Translations under genes and position numbers: made by a program
The notes under the pieces: model-generated
Told to the model about the DNA's origin: nothing
Database searches by the model: none
What the model saw: only the letters and a program-made list of their open reading frames with translations
DNA from: an uncultured Spirochaetota bacterium
Lineage (GTDB): Bacteria > Spirochaetota > Spirochaetia > SZUA-6 > Fen-1364
Reading direction: 5' to 3'
Assembly: GCA_963820525.1 (NCBI GenBank)
Contig: CAWGAA010000003.1
Coordinates: forward strand, 32,001 to 96,000
DNA: 64,000 bases
Part shown: positions 50,674 to 60,687 of the stretch, piece after piece
Layout: each line of letters starts with the position of its first letter
How positions within the stretch are numbered: the first letter of the stretch is position 1

Positions 50674-50928
50674 TCATAGGATTTCACCCTTCACAAGTTG
50701 CCACTCAAGAGATTCCCGATCCCTTCTGATGATGAAGAGTTCTCCGGCCGAAGTGCGGACCTTGAAGTAATCCGCTGCTGCAATGGCCGGATCCCGGCTC
50801 GCCTGAAACCACCTATCGACGATTTCCTCTACGTCAAAGCGTCGGTTGTTCCAGGAGAAAGAGCGGGGCGTCTCATCGGATTTGTAGCCCGCGTAGCAGT
50901 CGACTCGGATCGGAACAAGGCGGAGCAT
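50674..50928 (-). CDS. Small hypothetical protein (DUF6504-like)
   Basis: IRVDCYAGYK.DETPRSF.W...VEEIVDRW...YFKVRT. Confidence 0.6.
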   Translation of the reverse strand: MLRLVPIRVDCYAGYKSDETPRSFSWNNRRFDVEEIVDRWFQASRDPAIAAADYFKVRTSAGELFIIRRDRESLEWQLVKGEIL

Positions 50929-51186
50929 GTGCGGCGTTGAATATACTCTCTTGCATCTTTCTTCGCCAGTCGACGGGCAACGACCTGAGATCGCTTTCAT
51001 GCTGGAATGGGTGGAAAAGTATCGCTGATTGCCTCCGCGACGAACGCGGAAGAAGCACGAGAGGGCTCTCGCAAACTTGAGACCCCGCCATCGCTGGGCC
51101 TTCGCCGATCAAGCGTTTGACTGTTGCGGGGACGAGTGATAAGATCCGTTGGTTCTCGTTAATAACGTGCTATAAGGAGGAACGAA

Positions 51187-51699
51187 ATGAAGAAGTTTCT
51201 AATGGGCATCCTTGTTATGTTATGTTCTTCGGCCATCGCGATGGCGAGTCCAAACGACCAGAAAAGGGACGGCCATGGCGATTTCCTGCATTTTACCCTG
51301 GAAATTGAAGGCTTGTCTGTTGCAACTTTCACTTCTGTTCATGGGTTGGATATTGAAACCGAGATTATTGAATACAGGGATGGCGAAGACCAGATATTAA
51401 GGAAGCGTCCCGGCAGCACCAAATTTAGCAATCTTGTTTTGAAAGGGGGGACACTTCTCTCCAACGAGCTCTGGGCCTGGTATTGGAGCGTTCTTCAGGG
51501 AAGAGTCGAAAGAAAGAGCGGGTCTGTGGTGGTGACGAACAGCAGTGGAGTGGAAATTGTGCGTTACAATTTCTTTCACGCTTTTCCGTGCAAGTGGAAG
51601 GGATTAAGTTTTGATGGTTTTATGATGGAGAAACCAGTGGAGGAGATCGAATTGGCTGTGGAAGAAATAGCGAGAGTTTCCGGCGGAGACCAGGGTTAG
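51187..51699 (+). CDS. T4 gp19-like tail-tube protein with N-terminal signal peptide (orphan)
   Basis: FTLEIEG..F..VHGLDIETEIIEYRDG...RKRPG.TKFSNLVLKGG...LWAW...RKSGSV...AFPCKW...EEIELAVE; AAGGAGG RBS. Confidence 0.85.
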   Translation: MKKFLMGILVMLCSSAIAMASPNDQKRDGHGDFLHFTLEIEGLSVATFTSVHGLDIETEIIEYRDGEDQILRKRPGSTKFSNLVLKGGTLLSNELWAWYWSVLQGRVERKSGSVVVTNSSGVEIVRYNFFHAFPCKWKGLSFDGFMMEKPVEEIELAVEEIARVSGGDQG

Positions 51700-51802
51700 G
51701 GGAACGCCGACAATCAAGAACTTGTTGCCGAATGGGCCGGCAGATCGAGCATCCGCCGGCCCATTCGCTTAGGGGAACGCTGCAGCTTCGAACACCGGAA
51801 CG

Positions 51803-51967
51803 TCAGGCATTGCCCCTCTTGCCCGCTTCCTTCTGCACCTTTTCAATTGACCGCTTCGCCTCGAGCAGTATCGCCTTCATCCGATCGAGGTCGCCCAATC
51901 GCGCGCTGTTGCCATCCTGGCGCGCCGCTTTCTCGGCTTCCTGCACCACGCCGATGAGATCGTTCAC
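51803..51967 (-). CDS. 54-aa helical ORF coupled to the SCO gene (not in the ORF track)
   Basis: GTGA overlap with the SCO stop; MNDLIGVVQEAEKAARQDGNSARLGDLDRMKAILLEAKRSIEKVQKEAGKRGNA. Confidence 0.35.
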   Translation of the reverse strand: MNDLIGVVQEAEKAARQDGNSARLGDLDRMKAILLEAKRSIEKVQKEAGKRGNA

Positions 51968-52710
51968 TCGCTCAAGAGCAATCGAACATCCGTGACGATG
52001 TCGGAGGGCGTTGCGCTCTCGTCCAGATCCACCCGAATTCTTCCGGATCGATCTATGATCTTGAAGGCCGTGGCGTGGGACACATCGTAGCCGCCGCCGA
52101 ATTGCCGCGCGACCGTCTGCGCCAGACTCCTGTCTTTTTCTGAAAGCCCCTTCGCGTATTCTTCGCTCACCGCCTCTTGAGCAGTCGATCCGCTTTCGTA
52201 GTGGTGCTCGGATGCCGCGGAGACATCGGCAAGGTAGCCCTGCCAGACCGGCCTGACTGATGAGAGAGGACCGGTGACGAAATGCCAGGCATCGAAAAGC
52301 CCCACCTCCCTGCTGTATGCCGCGATCGCCTCCGGAGTATCCCGCGCCGGATCGGTTGTCACGGTGACAATCGAGACATTCCTCGCATCACTGCCCAGGA
52401 GCGCGTAGGCCTCTTTCAGCTTGACCGAAAGGAATGGGCACTCATCCGTGCAGTGCGTGAAGATGAACGTGACTACCACGACCTTCCCGCTCGTGTCGGC
52501 CATGCGGAAGGGCATGCCATGCTGGTCGGTGAGCGTAAAATCCTCCGCGGCCGGCGGGTTTGCATAGATCGTGGCTCCAATGAGCCCGGAGGCATTGGCG
52601 CGATCGTCGATCTCGACGTACGCCATCGATGTCCCCGCGGAAGCAAGGAGCACCCAGAGAAAAGCCGTCATGAGCCTCCGTGCCTTCATTGTATGAACCT
52701 CATGATTCAC
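51964..52710 (-). CDS. SCO1/SenC family copper-binding protein
   Basis: DFTLTDQHG; FIFTHCTDECP; TTDPARDTPE; YDVSH. Confidence 0.9.
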   Translation of the reverse strand: MNHEVHTMKARRLMTAFLWVLLASAGTSMAYVEIDDRANASGLIGATIYANPPAAEDFTLTDQHGMPFRMADTSGKVVVVTFIFTHCTDECPFLSVKLKEAYALLGSDARNVSIVTVTTDPARDTPEAIAAYSREVGLFDAWHFVTGPLSSVRPVWQGYLADVSAASEHHYESGSTAQEAVSEEYAKGLSEKDRSLAQTVARQFGGGYDVSHATAFKIIDRSGRIRVDLDESATPSDIVTDVRLLLSE

Positions 52711-52823
52711 TATACGCAGAGACAGGGGGATCCGGTTTTACGAGCGTCACGGCAAATCATGTGCGGATACCGGCCATGGAAGAGGCGCCTCTTAATATAG
52801 TAGATTAGCACTGAGGCCACTGC

Positions 52824-54533
52824 ATGGGGACAATAAACGAGACCGAAGAGCTCTGGAGCCTGGTGAGGCGGAGCATCGTGGGATGGAACGCTTTTGTGGA
52901 CACGCCTTTCGGCAGCCGGAGGCTGACCTATGCCGATTACACGGCCTCCGGGCGCGCCGTAGGCTTTCTTGAAGACTACCTGCGCAGGGTCCTCGAGCTG
53001 TATGGCAATACGCACACTGAAGATGATGCCACCGGGATAGCGACATCCCAGCGGTTGCTCCAGGCGGAGAAGACGATCAAGCGGTTCGTGAACGCTGGAA
53101 AGGACTACAGGCTCATCGCCGTTGGATCCGGGACAACGGCCGCGGTGCACCTTCTTCAACAGATCCTCGGCGTTTACATCCCCCCTGCGGCGAAAGACAT
53201 GCTCGGAAAGCTGGTGAAAGATCGCCTGCCCGAGCAGGAGTTCGAGGGGCTGTCCCGCCACCTGCGGGAAGCGCGGCCCGTGGTCCTGGTAGGCCCCTAC
53301 GAGCATCACTCCAACGAAGTCTCGTGGAGGGAATGCTTCGCGGAAGTGGCGGAGGTGAATCTCACGGCGGACGGGCTTCTGGACCTGGAAGACTTGGAGA
53401 GAAAGGCGTCAAGCGAGAAGTACCGCGGCCGCCGGATGATCGGAGCGTTTTCGGCCGCTTCCAATGTCTCCGGCGTCAAGACGCCGGTCTATGAAGTGGC
53501 GAGGATCCTCCACCGTCATGGAGCCCTTGCTTTCTTCGATTTTGCCGCGCTTGCCCCGTACGAGCGCATCGATGTCAATCGGGACGCGCAGTCGTACTTC
53601 GATGCCATCTACTTCTCCCCGCACAAGCTCATGGGAGGCCCGGGGGCGTGCGGGATCCTCGTCATTCACAGGAAGATCTACCGCGCGGACCTCCCGCCGA
53701 CCGTCGGTGCGGGAGGAACCGTGGATTTCGTAAACTTCGATGGCCAGGAATACAGCCCCGATATCGAGGTACGGGAGAAGCCGGGGACGCCGGGAATAAT
53801 GCAGACCCTCCGCGCCGCCCTTGCCGTCGAGCTGAAGGAAGCCCTTGACCCGCAGATGATCGAGCGGCGCGAAAAAGAGATTACGGCGGAGGCCAGCCTT
53901 CGTCTCCATGGACACCCGGCCATCGAGCTCATGGGAGACGTGGAGCCGCAGCACCGGCTTCCCATTTTCTCCTTCAACATCAGGGTCGGCACTTCGTATC
54001 TTCATCCCCGCTTCATCGCGACGCTCCTCAATGACCTGTTCGGCATCCAGAGCAGGGCCGGCTGCTCGTGCGCCGCCCCCTACGGCCACCGCATCCTCCA
54101 CATCGACGAGGAGAAATCTCGGGCGCTGCGGCGCACCATCATGCGCGGTAATGCCGGACTGAAGCCGGGATGGGCCAGGGTCAACTTCCACTTCCTCCAC
54201 ACCGGGGAGGAGTTCGACTTCATCTGCCGGGCTGTACTCTTCATCACCGAATGGGGCAGCAGCTTCCTCCCCCTCTACAGCTTCGATATCCACACCGGCA
54301 AATGGCGGCATAAGGACTACCATCCCGCCCCGGTGTCCTTCGGGCTGGAGGAGGCTCTGCGGCCGGGCGGCGGCAGCGCGGGCGGTGGGGAGAGCGATGC
54401 CGCGCCTCTGGGAAAGCTCTTCGACCGCTACTTAAGGGAAGCGGAGGAGCTGGCCCGAACGCTCAAGGAAAAGTACGCGGACCAGGAGCTGAAGACGACG
54501 GAGAAAGCCCTGATTCCTTTCGTGTATATGTAA
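52824..54533 (+). CDS. Class V PLP-dependent aminotransferase/cysteine-desulfurase-like protein
   Basis: YADYTASGR; EHHSNE; SPHKLMGG; QSRAGCSCAAPY. Confidence 0.88.
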   Translation: MGTINETEELWSLVRRSIVGWNAFVDTPFGSRRLTYADYTASGRAVGFLEDYLRRVLELYGNTHTEDDATGIATSQRLLQAEKTIKRFVNAGKDYRLIAVGSGTTAAVHLLQQILGVYIPPAAKDMLGKLVKDRLPEQEFEGLSRHLREARPVVLVGPYEHHSNEVSWRECFAEVAEVNLTADGLLDLEDLERKASSEKYRGRRMIGAFSAASNVSGVKTPVYEVARILHRHGALAFFDFAALAPYERIDVNRDAQSYFDAIYFSPHKLMGGPGACGILVIHRKIYRADLPPTVGAGGTVDFVNFDGQEYSPDIEVREKPGTPGIMQTLRAALAVELKEALDPQMIERREKEITAEASLRLHGHPAIELMGDVEPQHRLPIFSFNIRVGTSYLHPRFIATLLNDLFGIQSRAGCSCAAPYGHRILHIDEEKSRALRRTIMRGNAGLKPGWARVNFHFLHTGEEFDFICRAVLFITEWGSSFLPLYSFDIHTGKWRHKDYHPAPVSFGLEEALRPGGGSAGGGESDAAPLGKLFDRYLREAEELARTLKEKYADQELKTTEKALIPFVYM

Positions 54534-54731
54534 GTGAGACCGCGGATTGCAGCGGCGCTTGAATTGAGACGCGGGTCGCGATTGTCGCCCGATCCGGACC
54601 GGCCGAAATAACGAGAAATCATCCCCTGTTGCATGACTTTCGATCCATGACCAATTCATGACCATCGGCACTCACCGTCACGGCGGTCATTTCGTCATAG
54701 TGTAATCACCTTGGATTCGAGGAGGAACTTC

Positions 54732-55670
54732 ATGAGCTTTGTAGAAATCAAGAACCTGACGAAACGCTATGGAAGCATGACCGCCGTTGACGGCATCAGC
54801 TTCACTATCGAGGAAGGAGAGCTTTTCAGCCTTCTGGGCCCCAACGGCGCCGGCAAGAGCACCTGCATTGGAATGCTGGCTATGCTTACGGAGCCCAGCG
54901 CGGGCGACGCGACGATCGGAGGGCTCTCCGTGCGCGGTAGAAGCCGCGAGCTTCGACGCGGCTGCGGCCTGGTTCCCCAGGAAATAGCGCTCCACGAGGA
55001 GCTGAGCGGCCGCGACAATCTGTTGTTCTGGGGGAGGCTTTACGGCCTTGCGGGGCGCGCTCTGCGCCGGCGCGTGGATGAGCTTCTCCAGCGCATCGGC
55101 CTCAGCGAAAAGGCCTCCAAGCCGGTCAAGAGCTACTCCGGAGGGATGAAGCGCCGCATCAACCTCGCTGCCGGCCTCATCCACAAGCCGAGACTGCTCT
55201 TCATGGACGAACCGACCGTAGGCATCGATCCCCACAGCCGTCGGGCCGTGCTGGACCTGATCGGCGAGCTCAAGCGGGAAGGGACCACGATCCTCTACAC
55301 AACCAACCACATGGCGGAGGCCGAGGAGCTTTCGGACCGCGTGGGCATCGTGGATCATGGCAGGCTCATGGCCGTCGGAACCTGCGCGGAGCTCGCGTCG
55401 AGCATCGGCGGAAACCAGCTTCTGCGGCTGACATTCACGGAAGAGTCCGCCGGGGCCCGGCTTGCCGACCTGCTGAACCGCCTGCCCGGCGCCCGCCTGG
55501 AGACCGAGGGGGCTTCCCTCTCCGTGCTCGCACCCCGGGTACGCGAGCTTCTGCCGCGGGTGATCGAGGCCGCTTCTTCCGCCGGGGCGGTCCTCCAGGG
55601 CGTCGAGATCAGGGAGCCGGACCTGGAGACCGTTTTCCTCACCTATACGGGCCACGAGCTCAGAGACTGA
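54732..55670 (+). CDS. ABC-2 type exporter ATP-binding protein
   Basis: GPNGAGKST; YSGGMKRR; DEPTVGID. Confidence 0.93.
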   Translation: MSFVEIKNLTKRYGSMTAVDGISFTIEEGELFSLLGPNGAGKSTCIGMLAMLTEPSAGDATIGGLSVRGRSRELRRGCGLVPQEIALHEELSGRDNLLFWGRLYGLAGRALRRRVDELLQRIGLSEKASKPVKSYSGGMKRRINLAAGLIHKPRLLFMDEPTVGIDPHSRRAVLDLIGELKREGTTILYTTNHMAEAEELSDRVGIVDHGRLMAVGTCAELASSIGGNQLLRLTFTEESAGARLADLLNRLPGARLETEGASLSVLAPRVRELLPRVIEAASSAGAVLQGVEIREPDLETVFLTYTGHELRD

Positions 55671-55682
55671 AAGGAGGACACG

Positions 55683-56438
55683 ATGTCGTTATTCATAATC
55701 GCCTGGCAGGATCTGAAAAGGATGGCAAAGGATCCTGTGGGCCTTGTTCTCATTCTCGCCACACCGCTCGTCTTGATCGTGTCACTCGGAATGGTGTCGG
55801 GCCGCTATCCCGGAAGCCCGGCCCCGGCGGATGGATTCGATGCGCTCTCATACATAGCGCCGGGCATGGCCCTGTTCTTCGTCATGTTCGCCGTGACGCG
55901 CGCAACGCGGATGCTCGCGGAGGACGCGGATCGCGGCCTGAGAGACCGCCTTCGGGCCGCCCCTCTCCGCCCGGTGAGTCTTCTGCTCGCCGGGAGCCTC
56001 TCATTGATTGCCCTGGTGTTCCTCCAGCTGCTCGTGCTCGTCGAGATATCGACGCTTCTCTACCGGCTGAGCTGGGGAGGACAGGGAGAGGTGATCCTGT
56101 TGTCCCTCGCTTTGGCCGGCGCGGCGGGGGGTTGGGGGGCGCTCCTTGCAGCGGTGGGGCGCACACCCACCCGCATCGGCGCCGTCGGCACAGCCCTCAT
56201 GCTGATCTTCGGCATCGTCAGCCGCAGCTTCGCGGCGGTGATCCCAGCGCCTCCGTGGATGGAGAGCGTGGCGCGCATCACTCCAAACTGGTGGGGGATC
56301 CACGGCTTTACCGAGCTTGCCTTCGGAGGCGGTCTCGCCTCCATCGCTTCAGATATCGCCGCGCTCATTGCCATGGGCGCAGCGCTGTTCGCGCTCGCGC
56401 GGTTCGCGGCGCTGATTCGTCCGGGAAAAAGGAACTAG
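55683..56438 (+). CDS. ABC-2 type permease
   Basis: Six TM segments; ITPNWW; follows the ATPase. Confidence 0.85.
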   Translation: MSLFIIAWQDLKRMAKDPVGLVLILATPLVLIVSLGMVSGRYPGSPAPADGFDALSYIAPGMALFFVMFAVTRATRMLAEDADRGLRDRLRAAPLRPVSLLLAGSLSLIALVFLQLLVLVEISTLLYRLSWGGQGEVILLSLALAGAAGGWGALLAAVGRTPTRIGAVGTALMLIFGIVSRSFAAVIPAPPWMESVARITPNWWGIHGFTELAFGGGLASIASDIAALIAMGAALFALARFAALIRPGKRN

Positions 56439-56440
56439 CC

Positions 56441-57550
56441 ATGTCAGCAGTTTTCGCCGTTCTCCTGAAAGACCTCAAAGTCCGCTTTTCCACGCCGATT
56501 GAGCTCGCATTCTTCCTCATCCTGCCGCTTCTCTTTACGGTCGTGCTGTCGGGCACGCCATCGGGAAAGACAGAGGCCCGTGAGAACCGCCCCCTGGTGC
56601 TCATAGCGGACGGAGTTCGCTCCACCTCGAGCGGCAAGCTCGCCGAGGCCCTCGCGTCGCTTCCCGGTATCCGGGCGCGCGTTACCAACGACCCCGCGGA
56701 GCTTCTTCGCTCCAGCGAGACCGATCTGCTTCTCTGGATCACGCCCTCGTCCGAGGGGCAGGCGTCGTTTCATGTCGCTTTCAAGCCTTCACCCTGGCAC
56801 GGTGTATCCCCTGCCGTGCAGAGGCTCGGCGCCCTGATCCCCACAGCAGACCCGCTCTCGGAGGATGCAATGAGGCAAGGGTTTGCCGCGGCGGCCTCGG
56901 AGCCGGCATCTACGCCCCAAACGGTGGAGTCTGCAGACCCATCGGACCGCGCGGTTACGGGGAACGCAGGCCAGATCGTCACCTGGGTGCTTGTGCCGCT
57001 CCTCGGCATGGGATCCATCTTCATCTCCGAGCGCAGGCGCGGCACCCTGCGGCGCGCCGCCGCGAGCCCGGCAGGGAGGCCGGCGCTGACCGCGGGAACC
57101 GTGGCGGCGGAGTTCGCGGCTGCCGCCGTGCAGATCGGCCTGCTCCTCCTGTTCGGCTCTCTCATCTACGGATTGCCCGCGGGGTCCCATCCCCTGGAGC
57201 TTGCCCTCCTTTCCCTGGCGTTCTGCGCAGCCGGCGCCGCCCTTGGCGCCGTGCTCGGCCTTGTGTGCCGCACGGAGAGACAGGCCGGTGCCATGAGCAT
57301 CAGCGCGGCCATGATCCTGGCGGTCTTCGGCGGCTGCTGGTATCCGTCATCGCTCTTTCCGGCCGGCTTGAAAAAAGTGCCGGCTTTCAATCCGGCGGGC
57401 TGGGCCATGGATGGCTTCACGTCGCTTCTGTCGCCGGCGGGAAGCGCCGGAGGGGCTCTTCAGGACGCGCTGAAGCTTGCCCTTTTCGCGCTGGCCCTCC
57501 TTTTCATCGTGCTCGCCGCATCCCGCCTTCGGCGAGACAACACGGCATGA
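56441..57550 (+). CDS. ABC-2 type permease
   Basis: ERRRGTLRR; FGGCWYP; NPAGWAMDGF. Confidence 0.85.
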   Translation: MSAVFAVLLKDLKVRFSTPIELAFFLILPLLFTVVLSGTPSGKTEARENRPLVLIADGVRSTSSGKLAEALASLPGIRARVTNDPAELLRSSETDLLLWITPSSEGQASFHVAFKPSPWHGVSPAVQRLGALIPTADPLSEDAMRQGFAAAASEPASTPQTVESADPSDRAVTGNAGQIVTWVLVPLLGMGSIFISERRRGTLRRAAASPAGRPALTAGTVAAEFAAAAVQIGLLLLFGSLIYGLPAGSHPLELALLSLAFCAAGAALGAVLGLVCRTERQAGAMSISAAMILAVFGGCWYPSSLFPAGLKKVPAFNPAGWAMDGFTSLLSPAGSAGGALQDALKLALFALALLFIVLAASRLRRDNTA

Positions 57551-57569
57551 ACGGCGCTATAGTAGGCGA

Positions 57570-58751
57570 ATGAAGCAGCCTTCCACCGCGGGAGGGTTCA
57601 AGAAACCAGGCCAGATCCTCCATGCGGCGGCCTACCTGGCGGTTGTCGGGATCGCGCTCGCCGAGGGGCTGCAGCTCTGGCCGGACATCCGCCTCTATCC
57701 GACGCTCGCCCTCCTGGCCCTCTATACCGCGCTCCTGGCGTTCAGCTTCAGGGTAATGGGCCGGCAAGACAAGAAACTGTTTATCGCATTGACGATCGCC
57801 GAAACACTGTCCGGGGTCGGGGTGATGGTGCTGGGGTCCGGCTACTCCCTGGGAAGCGCTCTCTTCTTCATCCTGGGCACCCTCGTGGCCATGAGTCTCC
57901 CGCTTCTCTGGGCATTGGCATGGGAAACCGTGTTCCTGGGGCTGATCGTTTTCGGATTCACCTATCATGCATCAGAGGGATGGTTCCCGCTCTTCCTCTC
58001 CCTTGTTCCAGCCTTCTTCGGCCTGGTTTCGTTCTCCTTTGCCCTGAAGAGCTCCCACGAGGCGCGCGCGGAAAGCCAGCGCCTCCTCGCCGAGCTTACC
58101 GCGGCGCAGGATCAGCTTCGCTCAATGGCGGTCCTGGAAGAGCGGGAGCGGCTTGCGCGGGAGATGCACGACTCCGTCGGCCACCGCCTCACCGTGGCGA
58201 CGGTCCAGCTGGAGGGGGCGGCCCGTCTGGTTTCGCGCGACCCCGATCGAGCGGAACACATGATCGAGACTTCGCGCGATCAGGTGAGGGAAGGGCTCGC
58301 CGAGCTTCGTCGGGCCGTAAGCGCCCTTCGATCCACGGGGGAGGGAAGCGGTCCCCTTGCCGAAACCCTGCACGCGCTCGCCGCCGCTTTCCAGCGGGCA
58401 TCGGCAACGAGCGTCGAGCTCCGGATCGCTCCCGGCTTCGCGGAGCCCGATGCCGAACGGAGGCTGGTTATCGTCCGCACGGCGCAGGAAGGCCTCACCA
58501 ATGTCCAGAAGCACGCGGAGGCGACGCGCATAGAGATGAGCGTCGCGTTGAAGGGCGGGGCGTATCTGTTTTCATGCGCCGACAACGGCCGCGGCCCGGC
58601 GGGCGGGCCGCGCGATCCGCTCGCCGCCTCGGGGTTCGGCCTTCGCAATCTCGGGGAGCGCGCGGCCGCGTTCGGCGGACGGGTGGAGCTCAAGGCGCGG
58701 GAAGGCGGAGGGGCCGACCTCGTGCTCGTGCTCCCCACCGGCCTCGGGTGA
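57570..58751 (+). CDS. Sensor histidine kinase (HisKA_3, DesK/LiaS-like)
   Basis: ERERLAREMHDSVGH; QEGLTNVQKHA; DNGRG; GFGLRNL. Confidence 0.93.
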   Translation: MKQPSTAGGFKKPGQILHAAAYLAVVGIALAEGLQLWPDIRLYPTLALLALYTALLAFSFRVMGRQDKKLFIALTIAETLSGVGVMVLGSGYSLGSALFFILGTLVAMSLPLLWALAWETVFLGLIVFGFTYHASEGWFPLFLSLVPAFFGLVSFSFALKSSHEARAESQRLLAELTAAQDQLRSMAVLEERERLAREMHDSVGHRLTVATVQLEGAARLVSRDPDRAEHMIETSRDQVREGLAELRRAVSALRSTGEGSGPLAETLHALAAAFQRASATSVELRIAPGFAEPDAERRLVIVRTAQEGLTNVQKHAEATRIEMSVALKGGAYLFSCADNGRGPAGGPRDPLAASGFGLRNLGERAAAFGGRVELKAREGGGADLVLVLPTGLG

Positions 58752-58756
58752 AGATC

Positions 58757-59434
58757 ATGGCGGGGAAAAAGCGGAGCGTCCGCGGCGTCGGCGTTCTCAT
58801 CGTTGACGATCAGAAGCTCATGCGCGAAGGGCTTCGCACGCTCCTGGAGCTGGAGGGAATCGAGGTCCGGGGCGAGGCGCACGATGGGGCATCCGCGGTG
58901 GAAGCGTACGGGAAGCTGCGGCCCGAAGTGGTTCTCATGGACATCAAGATGCCCGCGATGGACGGCGTGGAGGCGACGAGGCGCATCCGCGCTGGGGACC
59001 CGGATGCGAAAATCCTCGTCCTCACCACTTTCGATGAGGATGCCCTGGTATTCGAGGCCATTCGCGCCGGGGCCCGAGGCTATCTCTTGAAGGACCTGTC
59101 GGGCGCCGAGCTGGCCGAAGCCGTGCGCGACGTCGCGGCCGGCGGCTCCGCGCTTCCCCCGCTCCTGACGAGGCGTGTCGTCGAAGCCTTCGCCCGTCTC
59201 GCCCCGCCCGCCGCCGGGGCAGATCGCCGCCTGCCGGAGCCTCTCACCTCCCGAGAGCGGACCGTGCTTGCTCTCATTGGGCGCGGCCTGTCGAACAAGG
59301 AGATCGCGGGCCGGCTTTTCCTGGCCGAGGGCACGGTGAAGAACCACGTGAGCACGATACTGCAGAAGATCGGCGCGCGCGACCGCACGCAGGCCGCCCT
59401 CGCCGCCCGCGAGCTCGGCCTCCTCGAGAAGTGA
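58757..59434 (+). CDS. NarL/LuxR-type response regulator
   Basis: IVDD; MDIKMP; LTTFD; GLSNKEIA...EGTVKNHV. Confidence 0.95.
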   Translation: MAGKKRSVRGVGVLIVDDQKLMREGLRTLLELEGIEVRGEAHDGASAVEAYGKLRPEVVLMDIKMPAMDGVEATRRIRAGDPDAKILVLTTFDEDALVFEAIRAGARGYLLKDLSGAELAEAVRDVAAGGSALPPLLTRRVVEAFARLAPPAAGADRRLPEPLTSRERTVLALIGRGLSNKEIAGRLFLAEGTVKNHVSTILQKIGARDRTQAALAARELGLLEK

Positions 59435-59501
59435 TCCAGCCTGCGGCCGGCATCTCCGGAAGGGGCCCGCCTTCATGGGCGCCTGCCGGAGACTCGGGGC
59501 G

Positions 59502-60461
59502 CTAGGGCACGATCCGCGTGCCCGTTTCACCCCGAAGGGCGCGCCCGATGCACTCGGGACTGGTGATGATGGCTTCCTTTCCGCCCGCCTCGAGGTAGGA
59601 GATCACGGCCTGGATCTTCGGTGCCATCGATCCTTTGGCGAAGTGGATACCCTCGGCGAGGTAGCGCCTGGCCTCGGCCAGAGAGAGGCGATCCACCCAT
59701 CTCTCTGAGGGCCTGCCGAAGTCGAGCGCCACTTTTTCCACCGCCGTGGCGATGATGAAGAGGTCTGAGCGAAGCTCGCTGGCCAGGAGGCTGGAGGCGT
59801 AATCCTTGTCGATCACCGCCGCCACCCCCCTGTACTCGCCCTCGCCCACGTCGATCACCGGGATGCCGCCGCCGCCCACCGTGATCACGACCACTCCGAT
59901 CCCGATCACCGCCTTGATGGAATCCAGCTCCACGATCTCCTTGGGAAAGGGCGATGGGACCACGCGCCGCCAGCCGCGCCCCGCGTCCGCGACCACGGCC
60001 CATGACATCGTGCGCTTCCGCCGCTCGGCCTCGGCCTCGTCCATGAAGCCGCCGATGGGCTTCGACGGATTGGCGAAGGCGGGATCGCTCTTGTCCACGA
60101 GCACCTGCGTGATGATGGTGGCCACGTTCTTGTGGATGCCGCGGTGGAACAGCTCGTTCTGCAGGGCCTGCTGAAGCTCGTAGCCGATGGCACCCTGGGT
60201 GTCCGCCACGCACACGTCCAGGGGCACCTCGTGCATCCCCTCCGTCTTGTGCGCGATCTCGGACCTGCGCAGGATGAAGCCTACCTGCGGCCCATTTCCA
60301 TGGCCGATGGCGAGCTCCCACCCCGCCGATATCATGTCCGCGAGGTAGCGGGCGGTTTCCCGAAGCGCGTCTTCCTGGTCCTCGACGCTCTGGTGCCTCG
60401 GGTCCTTGATCAGCGAGTTCCCCCCGATGGCGACGACGGCGACTTTGCTAGGCTCGGCCAT
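59502..60461 (-). CDS. arcC: Carbamate kinase
   Basis: AIGGNSL; HGNGPQVG; KPIG; WRRVVPSP; VIDKD; GSMAPK. Confidence 0.95.
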   Translation of the reverse strand: MAEPSKVAVVAIGGNSLIKDPRHQSVEDQEDALRETARYLADMISAGWELAIGHGNGPQVGFILRRSEIAHKTEGMHEVPLDVCVADTQGAIGYELQQALQNELFHRGIHKNVATIITQVLVDKSDPAFANPSKPIGGFMDEAEAERRKRTMSWAVVADAGRGWRRVVPSPFPKEIVELDSIKAVIGIGVVVITVGGGGIPVIDVGEGEYRGVAAVIDKDYASSLLASELRSDLFIIATAVEKVALDFGRPSERWVDRLSLAEARRYLAEGIHFAKGSMAPKIQAVISYLEAGGKEAIITSPECIGRALRGETGTRIVP

Positions 60462-60687
60462 AGGCCACCCCCGATCACCGATATTTGTACATCCGCGGTA
60501 TTGCGCCGTCAACGTGTAACCAAATCGCGCCCAACGTGGTTTTATCTAGTGAGGCATCGCAGGAGAACGCGGCGCCGCGCGAGGGCGCGGCCAGGCTCTC
60601 ACGGGAAGGCCGAAGAGCATTTGTATGTGCGAAGCCTCGGGGCGGCCGCCGGCGCGAGATCCTCTTTTCGGCGACCGCCCGCTTTTT

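Noticed and set aside
50573..52800. tRNA-integrated prophage or island
   Set aside because: No integrase, no duplicated tRNA 3' end seen and no other phage genes.
55290..55330. ABC ATPase H-loop variant (TTNHM instead of TTHYM)
   Set aside because: A single-motif deviation with His one residue later; not enough to claim inactivity.
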